In this document: one piece after another, positions 47,712 to 59,566 of the stretch
Layout of the letters: the number at the start of each line of letters is the position of its first letter
How positions within the stretch are numbered: position 1 is the stretch's first letter
Source: Neoechinorhynchus agilis
Lineage: Eukaryota; Animalia; Acanthocephala
NCBI GenBank assembly: GCA_051530055.1
Contig: JBMGUZ010000007.1
Span: 19,178 to 83,177 of the forward strand
Direction of reading: 5' to 3'
DNA: 64,000 nt
Notes under the pieces: generated by a model
What the model was told of the DNA's origin: nothing
Databases searched by the model: none
What the model saw: the letters and a program-made list of their open reading frames with translations, nothing else
Translations under genes and position numbers: made by a program

Positions 47712-48030
47712 AAACGCCTCTCAACCCTACCATCACCATAATTTCTACCACATTTCATTCCTCTTTTCACACGAGCACAACACTCGTAATCCCAATTTCA
47801 TCCTCCCTCAACCTGGCACCTCCCTCTTCCTCCACTCCTTTTTCCATACTGCCCAATCTTCTCGAAAAAGAGGAAAGACCAACCTTGCAAGCGCTCCTGC
47901 AAGCAATATCCGCCAATTCCCACCAAAACGGACCAGCCAACCTCTTATCCAATCAGAACTCTAGTGTTTATGAGAACCCAAAGCTACATAGGTCCTGTTC
48001 TTTGTGCAGGAATAAAACGTGTTGTTATGG
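47712..48030 (+). mobile_element. 5'-truncated L2-like LINE 3' end inserted in ITS1
   Basis: Homologous to 958-1110, 1290-1480 and 54130-54270; ends in the 3' stem-loop and AATAAAAC. Confidence 0.85.
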
Positions 48031-48157
48031 CAGTCAACGACCACCTTTTTCAATTTAACTTGTCTACGTTGATACCACCACCACGCTCCTCTTAAAAAGA
48101 AACGTGGCACGCGTGTTATGTGTGTGGCAACACTTTTGAAGGTGCTACCTATCTCTC

Positions 48158-48159
48158 TG

Positions 48160-48215
<56 letters not shown>

Positions 48216-48301
48216 AATGGTTAAGTTCGGTAAACTTTTAGATTTCGCAGTGGCACTTGTGGCACCATGCAATCTATCCGAAAACCTCACTAAACCATTC
48301 G

Positions 48302-48345
<44 letters not shown>

Positions 48346-49821
48346 GTCAACGCGAAATAATGATTCGCGCTTACTAGGAATTCCCCTTTCACGAAGAATA
48401 ATTACAATCTCCGATCCCAATCGTGAAGGCCATTTATGATTCCCTGTTCCTTTCGAAACAGGAATGCCTTTTGAAGCCTCCATTGTAGCGCACGAACGGC
48501 GATGCACCACCACCCACCGAATCAAGAAAGAGCTGTCAACCTGTCAATCCTCACGGTGTTCGGACCGAGTAAGTTTTCGTGCGTTGAGTCAAATTGAGCC
48601 GCAGGCTCCACTTCTGGTGTGCCCCTCCGTCAATTCCTTTAAGTTTCGATTTTGCAACCATACTCCCCCGGAACCCAATAACTTTGGTTTCCCGCGGGGT
48701 GCCTGGCGATGCTTTGTCGTTGCAAGCGCCAGATGCCCAGTTGGCATAGTTTATAGTTAGAACTAGGACGGTATCTAATCGTCTTCGAAACTCTAACTTT
48801 CGTTCTTGATTAATGAAAACATTCTTGGCAAATGCTTTCGCAGTTGTACGTCCTGCGGTGATCATCGAATTTCACCTCTAACACCACAATACGAATGCCC
48901 ACGTTTATCCCTATCAATCATTACCTCGGCTTCCGGAAACCAACGAAACAGAACCAAGGTCCTATCTCATTATTCCATGCAACAGTATTCAAGCAAGTCG
49001 CTTGCGTTAAGCACGCTAATTTTCTCAAAGTAGTTAATCACCTTCCCTTTAAAGTGCGCCTCCCAAACTTAATTGGGTCTTCGACGACGCAGGAGCAGCG
49101 AAATTAAAGAAGTGAATCTGGTGCAATGCTATACACGTCATTTTGTGACATGACAGCGCACAGTTCATCTCCTGACTCCCAACTACGAGCTTTTTAACCG
49201 CAGCAAATTTAACATACGCTATTCGAGCTGGAATTACCGCGGCTGCTGGCACCAGAACTTGCCCTCCAATCGATCCTCGATAAAGGATTTTGATTGTTCT
49301 CATTCCAATTGCCGAATCCGAAGATTACGGCATCGTTATTTTTCGTCACTACCTCCCCAATCTGGGATTGGGTAATTTGCGCGCCTGCTGCCTTCCTTGG
49401 ATGTGACAGCCGTTTCTCATGCTCTCTCTCCGGAATCGAACCCTGATTCCCCGTTACCCGTTACGACCATGGTAGTCGTATAAACTACCAACGATAGTTG
49501 ATAGGGAAGACACTTGAAAGACACGTCGCCTGCCTAATAAGGCAATGCAATCAGCATACTTTACCCAGAGTCAGCACAATCTGACGCCCTAAGACGTCAT
49601 TGGCTTTGATCTAATAAAAGCACTTCTCCGCAAGTCGAAGCTACGTGGCATGTATTAGCTCTAGATTTTCCACAGTTATCCATATCTGATTCGCATGATC
49701 CAATAAACCATGACTTATTTAATGAGCCATTCGCGGTTTCAACCGTATAAAGTATGAACTTGCACATGCATGGCTTAATCTTTGAGACGAGCATATAATT
49801 ACTGGCACGATCAACCAGATA
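48158..49821 (-). pseudogene. 18S rRNA copy with internal deletion
   Basis: Both termini present (tatctggttgatc; ggaaggatcatca). gccgttc is joined to gtgcgctaca at about 48493, removing the conserved ttagttggtgg...aacaggtctgtgatgccc block. Confidence 0.9.
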
Positions 49822-50032
49822 TCAACCATTCATTCCGTGAACCAAATCGTGGTAACAAAAACTAACGTCATTGCTAACGTCCACAACCTAGTGGAGGTCG
49901 AATAATAACAACCCCCACTGATACTTTCCCGACAATGCTTCTAGTTGTCGCGGATCTTATGTCCAACAACAACTAACTTGAATTTAATTTTGATTGTTAA
50001 AACCAATAATCATCAGCCACTTCGCATATGAA

Positions 50033-51415
50033 AATCTAGAGCATATTGTGGATGAATCCCTAATGCTATTTTCTCCCAAACATTAAGTGGCTAAAATTTA
50101 GATCATTCTTTTATTCAGTTAAAATTATACAAATCTGTGGATCTTTAATGCTTCTTGCCGTGGTGCCGTGAACCCCTCCGTCTATGTGGTTGACGCTCAG
50201 GCTTTTCTCCGGGTAAATATTCAATTTCATCGACATTGAAGTAATACAGCTCTGGCTCCGCCGTGAAATCCACATTCCCATCCTTTGAATCTTTGCACTT
50301 AATCGCACAGGCCTGTTTGCATGCATCGATATTTTTTGGAGTTTGGTCAACTTTATTCCACTTTTTTGACCTTTCCTGACATTTGGCAGCACACGAGCAT
50401 TTGTCTTGAGCGTATGACTCAAGAATGGCGATGCTGAAGACGATGATAAGAAAGAGGTTGCTTCTGAACGCTGACATTGGGAGGAAGGTTGGCTAGCTGA
50501 AGGGTTATCTTCTTATTCAGCTTACATTTTTTAACAATAGTAGCCATAGTTACTCAGAACTTTTTTTAAATCTAACTTTTATTCTGATTGGCTAACGCAT
50601 ATTTTACTGGCATAATCAATGTTTCGGTAATTTCCTTCCGCAATACTAAATCTGTACTATAAGTCAAGTGTCGACGATAGAGTGTGGATCAAATCAGTGA
50701 GCTCCGACCAGCAACTCTTTGGGTTTATCTCAAACAATTTCAATGTGGACGGTGTTGAAATTATCCAAAATACGAATTTACGTCCATTGCGGGATGCACT
50801 GACTGTTAGTAGTTACTTTCATTCAAATTAGGTCACTCATAATGATTATTATCATTTTCCACGATGTTAGACTTACCAACAATGTGGACGCTGATTTCAA
50901 AAATGCGATAAAAACGCAATCATTTGCCCGAATCGATCACAAAACCACCGCATCGCGAATTTTCCTAGATCAGTTGAGAGCTGCTCTAAATGCGAACAAA
51001 CAGGACACTTCGCATTATCTAAGTCATGCCCGGAGTTCAGGAACCCCCGCCCATCATTCCTCGCCGCTCTGAATTCGACCCATCGTACCATGCAGTCCTC
51101 CATCAGAGGCAAACATCTTAACATTTTTATTACTGGTATACCGGAATCCTCGCGTTGCAGATCCTGTCATCGTTGATGCACACAACCACTACCAAATCCT
51201 TCCTGTTGGTCAACTCCTTTTCCTCGACATTCACTCTACTATTCCTCCCCCATCAACAGTCCAAAAATCCCTTTAACCCGAGAATACGTCTCCTCAAAGG
51301 AATTTTTAATTCACCACTCGTAGCCTCCCTCTTTCCTAACAGGAGATACAAGCTCCTTACTTCACAACTTTCTTTTCGTATCTACCATATAAGAACTCAT
51401 CATCGAATCCTTCCA
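50033..51415 (+). repeat. Segmental duplication, copy 1 (copy 2 at 59143-60503)
   Basis: Near-identical sequence including peptide B gene and LINE 5' end. Confidence 0.95.
50145..50477 (-). CDS. Secreted six-Cys peptide, type B copy 1
   Basis: Same Cys framework and tail; basic C-terminus. Confidence 0.9.
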   Translation of the reverse strand: MSAFRSNLFLIIVFSIAILESYAQDKCSCAAKCQERSKKWNKVDQTPKNIDACKQACAIKCKDSKDGNVDFTAEPELYYFNVDEIEYLPGEKPERQPHRRRGSRHHGKKH

Positions 51416-54400
51416 CCGGCCCTCCAAACTCAACCCAGACCTCATTTTTGCGAACACCCCAGAACATCCAATACATCCCAAAAAATCGAAAAGGAAGCGA
51501 CTCCCCAACTTCTTTGACTACGTCAACTGCACCAGCGCCCTAAAACCCATATATTTCAATCTCTACGTCCTTTCACATTAAAAACTCTCTTTCTCTAAAA
51601 CAAGTAAATAATTATCACTCAACACAAACAAAAAAACCCAATAAATCTGCCCGTCCAATGATAGTTGATCCACATCAATTCAAAATTCAAAACTCGCTCT
51701 TATCATTGCCGTACAAATTTTCGATTCACCCCCGGAATTCTCTCTTTGGGATAATCAATCCTTTTGATCGGCAACTTTTAACGATTCCTCCTTTAATTTA
51801 CCACAATCGACGTACAATGCAACCTCAATTTCCCTCATTCCCACCCCCGATTTACCAAAATCAGAAATCCCATTTGTAATCGTAATCTACTCCAATATTC
51901 GTAGCCTCCCTCCTAAACTAAATGAAATTCCACTCATTTCATCTACCTCAAAGGCGCTTACTTTCTTCAACAGCGATTCAGCCATCCCTCCCGGGTACTC
52001 TTCCATCCATACATACGGCGAGGACCGTCCAGGAGGGGATCTCCATTTACGAACGACAATCGCTACCATACTTTGTATCTCTCATAAGCTCTTTACAAAA
52101 CCCCGACCTAGAATACATCGCAGTCCATTTCTCAGCTCCTCTAAGAAAAATCGCTAGCGTCTTTTGCCATCCCGCCTCTCGTCCCGAGTCCTCTTTGCGC
52201 CAACTTGATTCCATGATGGAGCTCATAAACTCGAAGAATTAACACCATTTCTTAATTGTAGAGGACTTCAATGAGCTATTTCCTCTTTTACCCTTCTCCG
52301 AGTTGCGTTTACTTATTAACTTCTCAACTCGTCTTGACGCTCACCTCGACAACTTGTTCACAAATATCGATGCCTACTCATCCGCCTCTAAACTCCCCTT
52401 CCCGCGAACTCTGGCCACTTTTCAGCCAGCGTTTAAAATCACCCCGTTTACCCGTCCCGTCTAGGATAAACGTGATCATCAAATCTACAATTTTATACAA
52501 TTATCCGATTCTATTATTCACATCCTACCCTGACAACACAAATGACCTTTCCTTTGCCATGTCCTTCCTATCCTTAATAATAAAAAATTCCCTACATTCG
52601 ACAATACCAAGAAATTCATTAGAATATCCAGCCGTGACCCTCGAAACGCCTTCAAAAGCAAGCATCTAAGGCCCATCGCAATAACCACCCAGACTTTCCC
52701 GTTTACAAATAGCTCTAACTAACAAAATACTTGTTACCCGCAAAAACTTCCTTTCTTCTAAAATTCATTCAGTGGTATTTCAACCATGGTGGCGGGCCGT
52801 CAAGCATTCTCTTGGATTACACCACCCGGATCCCTTCCCGAATTTGTCCTCTTCTGAACTTAAACAGGTGTTTGATTCCATCAATCAGAACCCCAATCCT
52901 GACTAAAATAACAATCATTTTTTCACATCAGACTCCACACAAAACTCTAACCTCCACCAAAGTCCTTCAGCATCTCAAGAGTTTACCTCGTAATTCATAC
53001 TCTCAATTCGAAATCCCAAACTGGGTTCTTTGCTCCATGATCCCCGAACTCATTGATCCTATTGCCCTCATTATAAATCATAGATCTTTAAATGGCATCT
53101 ACCCTTGTGCCTGAAAAGTTCTAAAGTGATCCTTCTTCCAAAAAAAGGACATCCGATTTCCACCGAATCATTCAGTCCAATATCCATTCTGCCCTCTATT
53201 TCAAAAATCATCGAAAAATGTTCTAAATCTCGCCTTCTTTCACTTCCAACACAATTCGGCTCCCGAGCCAAATTTTCTGCAACCGATGCCCTACTTTGCA
53301 TTGGTGACACGCTCCTATGTATCCTCGACAATAAACCCTTCCACTTCACCCGTCTCATTCAACTGGACTTATTGAAAGCATTCGACTCCGTGGATCATTC
53401 ACTCCTCAGGGCCTGCTCCGATTTTGGTCTCAACTTGTGGCAGATCCATTGGCTTGCGTCTTATCTTCACAATCGACAACAATACATTCGGTGCTGAGCT
53501 ACGTCCTCAATCAGAATATCCCCCAACAAAAGGCGTACCTCGAGGTTCCGTCCTGCCACCATTTCTTTTTGATATTTTCTCGGACGAACTTGAACTCCTC
53601 TCGTCTTACTCTAAACTTTTCTTAAATGGCGGTGATCCCATCCTCATCACTCAATCACCAACCACCTCTCCCTCTCCTTAACCTCTAACGAAATCATCCA
53701 TATGAAAGATTTCTGCACCAATCATCAACTACGCCCGAACTTCCTTAAATGCTTCGAGATGATCCCTCACTCTCTCGGAACCACATGTTCTTTATTGATC
53801 TTCTAAATAACATTCAAAAAATCACCTCCCTCAGAATTCTGGGTCTCCAATTTTAACCAAATCTGAAATGGGACTCGCACATTTCACTCTCCCTCAAGTG
53901 CCATGCCTTTAAAATTTACCTCATCAAACACCTCCGCCATTTAGGAATCCCCTCTTCCGATCTCCGCAAATTATTCTTCACATTATTTTACCTTCCCTCA
54001 CCTACGGCTATCTCTTTCCCAATCACAAATCCATCGCCTTGAAACGTCTCATAGAAGAGCTTCTAAAATTTGCATATTATATTTTTCCCCGTTCACCGAA
54101 TACCTTTGTAAGATTTTTAACTAATAATCAAAACGCCTCTCCACTTCATCACCATACTTTTTACCACATTTCATTCGCCTTTTCACAAGAGCACAACACT
54201 CGTAATCCCAATTCGATCCATCCTCATATCTCGCATCTCCCTTTATCTACGCTCCTTTTCCCATACTGCCCAATCTTCTCGGATATCATAAGCCGGAATG
54301 AACCTGAGGAAAGACACAATCCAGAACACTCTCCAACAAACAATGTCCGCCAATCCACATTCGACAAGACATCCTTCGGCCGGGTACGGACTTCCCTCAA

Positions 54401-54560
54401 CCCACCGAATCCGCATTAGATAGTTTCAACCCAATATTGTTTGTCAATCAATAACGATTGCCCCATCTTCATCGAAAACAATGGCACAAAGAGGACCCAA
54501 ATGTACATGGATCCAATTTTTGTTATCAAAGAAACAAAATAAACGTTTTATTATTACCCC
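51050..54560 (+). mobile_element. Near full-length degenerate L2/CR1-like LINE
   Basis: APE remnant (EDFN, LDNLFTN), RT (DLLKAFDSVDH, GVPRGSVL), 3' stem-loop and AATAAAC; truncated copy at 60140-60503. Confidence 0.8.
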
Positions 54561-54670
54561 CACTGATGTCGGCATACTAAGTTAGCTCTATTTTGCAGCT
54601 CTAACCTCATGCCACCACTAAACACATACCAAAAAGTCGTCAGTTGTGAAGTTTGTTAAAGTAGCTGGCG

Positions 54671-56465
54671 ATTTTCAAAGCACAGGAAGGTTACAAGTGG
54701 TTCTCCTCTGTTCGAGCTCCTTGATATTCTTTAAAGAAATCGCAAATTCAGCGAGTTTATGCAAACAAGTGAATATTATTTGTAAAAAATAGTCTGGAAG
54801 GAGTACAGAGTCTTTTTGAATAAGAAACCTTAGCCCATCGGACAACCGGAAAACAATATAAAGTTTTATTGGCTAAAATTCGTCAAATAAGCTACCGTAT
54901 GGGTCACTAGGTGGATTTTTCAAGGAGACGGGCGGTGACTTCGGTTTGTTTTCGGTCGGATTAATAGCAGGTTTATAGATCATGGCAAGCTTTCGTTGGA
55001 ACAGATTCCACCAGTCAATCACTTTAAAGAATTTATGAGCTTTCATCTGATCGATTCCACCTTTTCCGCATCCATATCGCCTATCTGGATTAATTTTCAA
55101 AAGTCCGACGACGAGATCCTTGAGCTCCGATGAGAAATGTTCAGGAACTTTAAACCTCCCGGATTGAGCTTTAGCCATGATCCTCATTCCATCTGATGCC
55201 ACAAACGGTGTGTAACCTGCATTGAGCTCGTAGGACAAAACGCCAAGAGACCACCAATCGCAACTTGTTGAATATCCAAGTCGTCCGGAAACTTCTGGGG
55301 CCATGTATTCTGGAGTTCCACAAATAGTTATTGCTCTCTCATTCAGGAATTTAGCGAATCCGAAGTCCGTTACTTTGACATAGCCACTGTCTTCTACCAA
55401 AATATTCTCAGCTTTGATATCCCTATGAGTAACATTAATTCGATGCAAGTAATCGAAGACGAGAACAATCTGTGCTATAATCAATCTACTTTCGTCTTCA
55501 TTAAATCTTCGTTTTGAACGCAAATGTTCGTACAAATCACCGGTCGGAATTAACTTCATTACAATGTACAAATGGCCACTGTCCTTATAGGATCCCAAGA
55601 AGTCGACAATATTTGAATGAAATATACTGCTTAGCATTGCTTTTTCGTAGATGGTTCGCTTCGTTTGCCTCGTATGGACAAGATATTTCTTCTCAAAAAT
55701 TTTGACGGCAAAGTGGTCGTGATCTTTGGTACCAACAGCGACTAAACCAAAAGCACCTCGACCAATGGTCGTTTGAAGGACAATATCACTGGTGTCGAAA
55801 TTTGGAGACGGCGAAGGTTTATTGAATTTATGGCGAAAATACATGCTAGCGTAAGTGTAAAAGCTGTCGAAGCTCACAAAAAGCCTCCAATCACGAACTT
55901 CATTTGGAATCATTGACATCAGATGATCTCTGTGAGGTGAAGCTAACAAACAAGTAGAAAGTCAGCTTTAGTTGATTCGTTGCCATGACTGCAAAAAGTT
56001 TTTATTCTTCAAAAAAAAGCAGAGAAATTTTGTCGTTCATGTAAAAATTATTAATAGAGTTTAAAGACGATAAAATTGTTGGGTCAAGGAACTATACGTC
56101 GCGTTATTATAATAAAATTAATTAGCTATTTTTAACAGAGTTTTTTTTGAATGTGAGATTTATTGGAAATTGGCAACTTCATCGATGTTCAGCACAATGA
56201 CCAAGCGCCATGGTGCAATACAGCGAAGACGCCAAAGGTCAATAAACAAGAAGCACAGCGAAAACGTGGCATTTAAATTGATGATTCCTTTACAAAGCGG
56301 GTAACCTACTGAATTGAGTTTGCACGATATCAGGAGGATCCAGAATTTGTGTTACTCAAGAAAGGAGAAGCGGAACAATAATCGTTCAAGGAATCGATTG
56401 GGGGGATAACCGATTCTGAAGATAAAAATATATCAGTGAAAAGTTCACTAGTGCCGTTTTTTAAA
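54671..56465 (+). repeat. Segmental duplication, copy 1 (copy 2 at 61329-63123)
   Basis: Constant offset of 6658 across the kinase and its flanks. Confidence 0.95.
54873..55949 (-). CDS. Divergent PKA catalytic-subunit-like AGC kinase, intronless, copy 1
   Basis: GRGAFG, FAVK, HRDIKAEN, DFGFAK, TICGTPEYMAPE, DWWSLG, terminal FDEF hydrophobic motif. Confidence 0.92.
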   Translation of the reverse strand: MLASPHRDHLMSMIPNEVRDWRLFVSFDSFYTYASMYFRHKFNKPSPSPNFDTSDIVLQTTIGRGAFGLVAVGTKDHDHFAVKIFEKKYLVHTRQTKRTIYEKAMLSSIFHSNIVDFLGSYKDSGHLYIVMKLIPTGDLYEHLRSKRRFNEDESRLIIAQIVLVFDYLHRINVTHRDIKAENILVEDSGYVKVTDFGFAKFLNERAITICGTPEYMAPEVSGRLGYSTSCDWWSLGVLSYELNAGYTPFVASDGMRIMAKAQSGRFKVPEHFSSELKDLVVGLLKINPDRRYGCGKGGIDQMKAHKFFKVIDWWNLFQRKLAMIYKPAINPTENKPKSPPVSLKNPPSDPYGSLFDEF

Positions 56466-57714
56466 GTTGCTGCTACGATCGAGAATGGATGTCCGGAATG
56501 TCCACGGAGAAGCGAGCCTACATTTAAACGAACACTGACGAGAACTGGACATCATGAACCGCCGGAAACAAGTCCAGCGTCGGGCCCAGGGAAATCAGTG
56601 GACACAAATAACCGATAAGATTTGATTTACACTCGAAGATTCGTGGTCCAAGAGATAATGAGCGAACTATGTTTGCCCAATGACTATCGAGGGATCATCT
56701 ACATCGAGAAAACTGACCTGCCCTTTTGAGTCAATGTTCGCAATGCACTGAATCCGGACGCAAAATCATGAGCAGCGGCGGAGAAAACAATCGAAGCGAG
56801 TTAGATATGTGGCCAAGAACCCCATGGAACTATCGCCGAAGCACTTCTTATGTCCCGGATAATTACAAAGGGGAAGGTGTTTCTTCAGACAATGAGCGAG
56901 ATAGAGCGTTCTGGGCATCAGTTCGGTAAAGCCCAAAAACTGCTCAACAGACGAAGCGAATTTTCGACTTCGATGTCGCTAATTTAACGCACACTTCACA
57001 ACTCTATACGCTTTTTGTAGATTCCTGAGAAAGACGACGAAAGCTCTGAAATAAAGATTTTTCCTTTTGTCATTACAGCAGCCCTCTCCCAAGTGTCTAT
57101 TTTCGAAAACAAAACCTAATCAATCATGCAGCTCGAAAATCAAGTAGTATTTCACACGAAATAAGTTATTTGTAACAAAACCGTGTTTTTTATCTTAAAC
57201 TTAGCTTCTGTAAGTGTGTGAATTTGGGCTCTGCTTTTCTAGGATAATATCAGATAAAGATTCCGATAAAAGCGGACTATAGATCAGTGATGGAGCGGAC
57301 TATCAACTATCTGAGACGGAATATCAACATGTCGATTAATGAGGTACCGGAGTATATAATTAGACTTATTGTTTAAGTCTTAACACGCTTATTTTCTAAT
57401 GGCAGATATATTTAAATTGGGCTTCAAGAAGAAGCATTCCGAGAAAAATTTCCAGCGCTCGATCCATGTGTCCATTAATTAATTGTTAATGTGTGTAAGC
57501 GGAATTTAAATAAATAAATACATCGTTCGCAAAACAATACATTCATAAATCGCAGCGCGTAAACATAAAAATGTTAAACGTTTAAACGAAAAAAGTATTG
57601 GAATTCTACAACTTATTGTCTTTCAATATCTGATGCTATTTTATAAGAAACATCACAGTAGCTCAAATTTAGTTCATTCTTTTATTTACTTAAATTACAT
57701 GAATCTGTGAATCT

Positions 57715-58065
57715 TCAATGCTTAGGCTTCTTGCGGTTACGTCTCGAACCCTTCCGTTTATGTACTGGGAATAAATCCTTTTCTCCGGCAAAATACTCAA
57801 ATTCATCGACACCAAAATTGAACAGCTCGGGCTCCGCAGTGAAATCCACATTTCCATCCTTTGAACCTTTGCATTTCTTCCAACAGGCTCGGTAGCATGC
57901 TTCGAAATTTTCTGTAGTTCGATCAGCTTTATTCCACGTTTGGTACCTGTCGTGACATTTACCGATGCAATGACAGCGGTCTTTGAAGGATGATACAAAG
58001 GTGGAGAGACCGAGAACGATGGCGATGATCAGCATGAGGTGTTGAAGGGTTATGAACGCTGACAT
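57715..58065 (-). CDS. Secreted six-Cys peptide, type A copy 2
   Basis: Same Cys framework and tail. Confidence 0.9.
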   Translation of the reverse strand: MSAFITLQHLMLIIAIVLGLSTFVSSFKDRCHCIGKCHDRYQTWNKADRTTENFEACYRACWKKCKGSKDGNVDFTAEPELFNFGVDEFEYFAGEKDLFPVHKRKGSRRNRKKPKH

Positions 58066-59254
58066 TGGGAGGAAGGTTGGCTAGCTGAAGGGTTTCCTTC
58101 TTATTCAGCTTACATTTTTTAACAATAGTAGCCGTGGTAACTAAAAAATTTCGGTAATCTAACTTTTATTCTGATTGGCTAAAACATATTTTTTAAGTTT
58201 GTGGTTTGATTAGGCAATAAGCCATATTTTTTATCGATTGGTGTAAGATGAGGATTTTACAACACGCGGCTGAATTATGGGTACACATCCCAACGATTTA
58301 GAGTTTGTACATTCCGCAGTTTAGCTGGGGTGGTCAAGTGGACCAATGCTCCTAATCCCAGCTTTGGCTTTACGGCAAAGCTACCTACCGGTTTCGACAA
58401 CTTGATTTTTAACTTTGGTTTTCCTAATTTCACAACAATAAATGCCATTAATGAAGATATTATGAACGTTCAAAAATTTTAAATGTTTTGTTTTACTGTG
58501 ATTATAGCCAACCTTGGCCCATTTTAATACAAAATCGACAGCTGTTAATATATAACATTCAATAAATTTTATTAAAATTCTTATAGCTGACTTTGCGTCT
58601 TGCTTCATCTTATTTAGTACTTTAGTCGAATGCGATGTGCTATACTACTAAGCTATAGAGATATTCAGTTTCTTTATTTTCGTTATTTCCGATCTTCGTC
58701 ATTGAAACATATTAAGGTGAACATTTCTTAGAGGAAACTTTAAAACTTGAAATTTAACAAATAAAAAACGGCCATTAATACTGAAGGTTTAGTCATTCTT
58801 CACGTGATTGGCAGTTTAATAAATACCCTTGCATGCAAATAAGACTGTATAATTATTAATGCCTTAACGATTTCTGCGTTCGGAAATAAACACACAGATA
58901 AACTTAAAAATACCATCTACCGACATTTTCAATAATTAAGCGGTGTCCATATTCTACGAACTGTCTGTTTTAGCCGATGCCATGCGTTCCTGAAGAGTTT
59001 GATACTTGAAATGAATATAACTTTGGCTAAACATAAAAGACGTCCCATTTAATCGTACTTTATCGCTTGCAGCTCGTTATACTAAACGATCACGGTACTT
59101 AAACGTCAAAGAATTTGATTCTTAGTAATGAAAATGTGTTTTAATCTAGAGCATATTGTGGATGAATCCCTAATGGTATTTTCTCCCAAACATTAAGTAG
59201 CTAAAATTTAGATCATTCTTTTATTCAGTTAAGATTACACGGATCTGTGGATCT

Positions 59255-59566
59255 TTAATGCTTCTTGCCGTGGTGCCGTGAACCCTTTTCTCCGGGTAAA
59301 TATTCAATTTCATCGACATTGAAGTAATACAGCTCTGGCTCCGCCGTGAAATCCACATTCCCATCCTTTGAATCTTTGCACTTAATCGCACAGGCCTGTT
59401 TGCATGCATCGATATTTTTTGGAGTTTGGTCAACTTTATTCCACTTTTTTGACCTTTCCTGACATTTGGCAGCACACGAGCATTTGTCTTGAGCGTATGA
59501 CTCAAGAATGGCGATGCTGAAGACGATGGCGATGATAAGAAAGAGGTTGCTTCTGAACGCTGACAT
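59255..59566 (-). CDS. Secreted six-Cys peptide, type B copy 2
   Basis: Differs from B1 only by in-frame 6-nt and 27-nt indels. Confidence 0.9.
   Translation of the reverse strand: MSAFRSNLFLIIAIVFSIAILESYAQDKCSCAAKCQERSKKWNKVDQTPKNIDACKQACAIKCKDSKDGNVDFTAEPELYYFNVDEIEYLPGEKGSRHHGKKH

Noticed and set aside
47211-49794. Short ORFs overlapping the rDNA
   Set aside because: Chance frames in rRNA sequence.
56190-56930. Coding-looking stretch upstream of the kinase
   Set aside because: Multiple stops and no recognisable motif; cannot be assigned.
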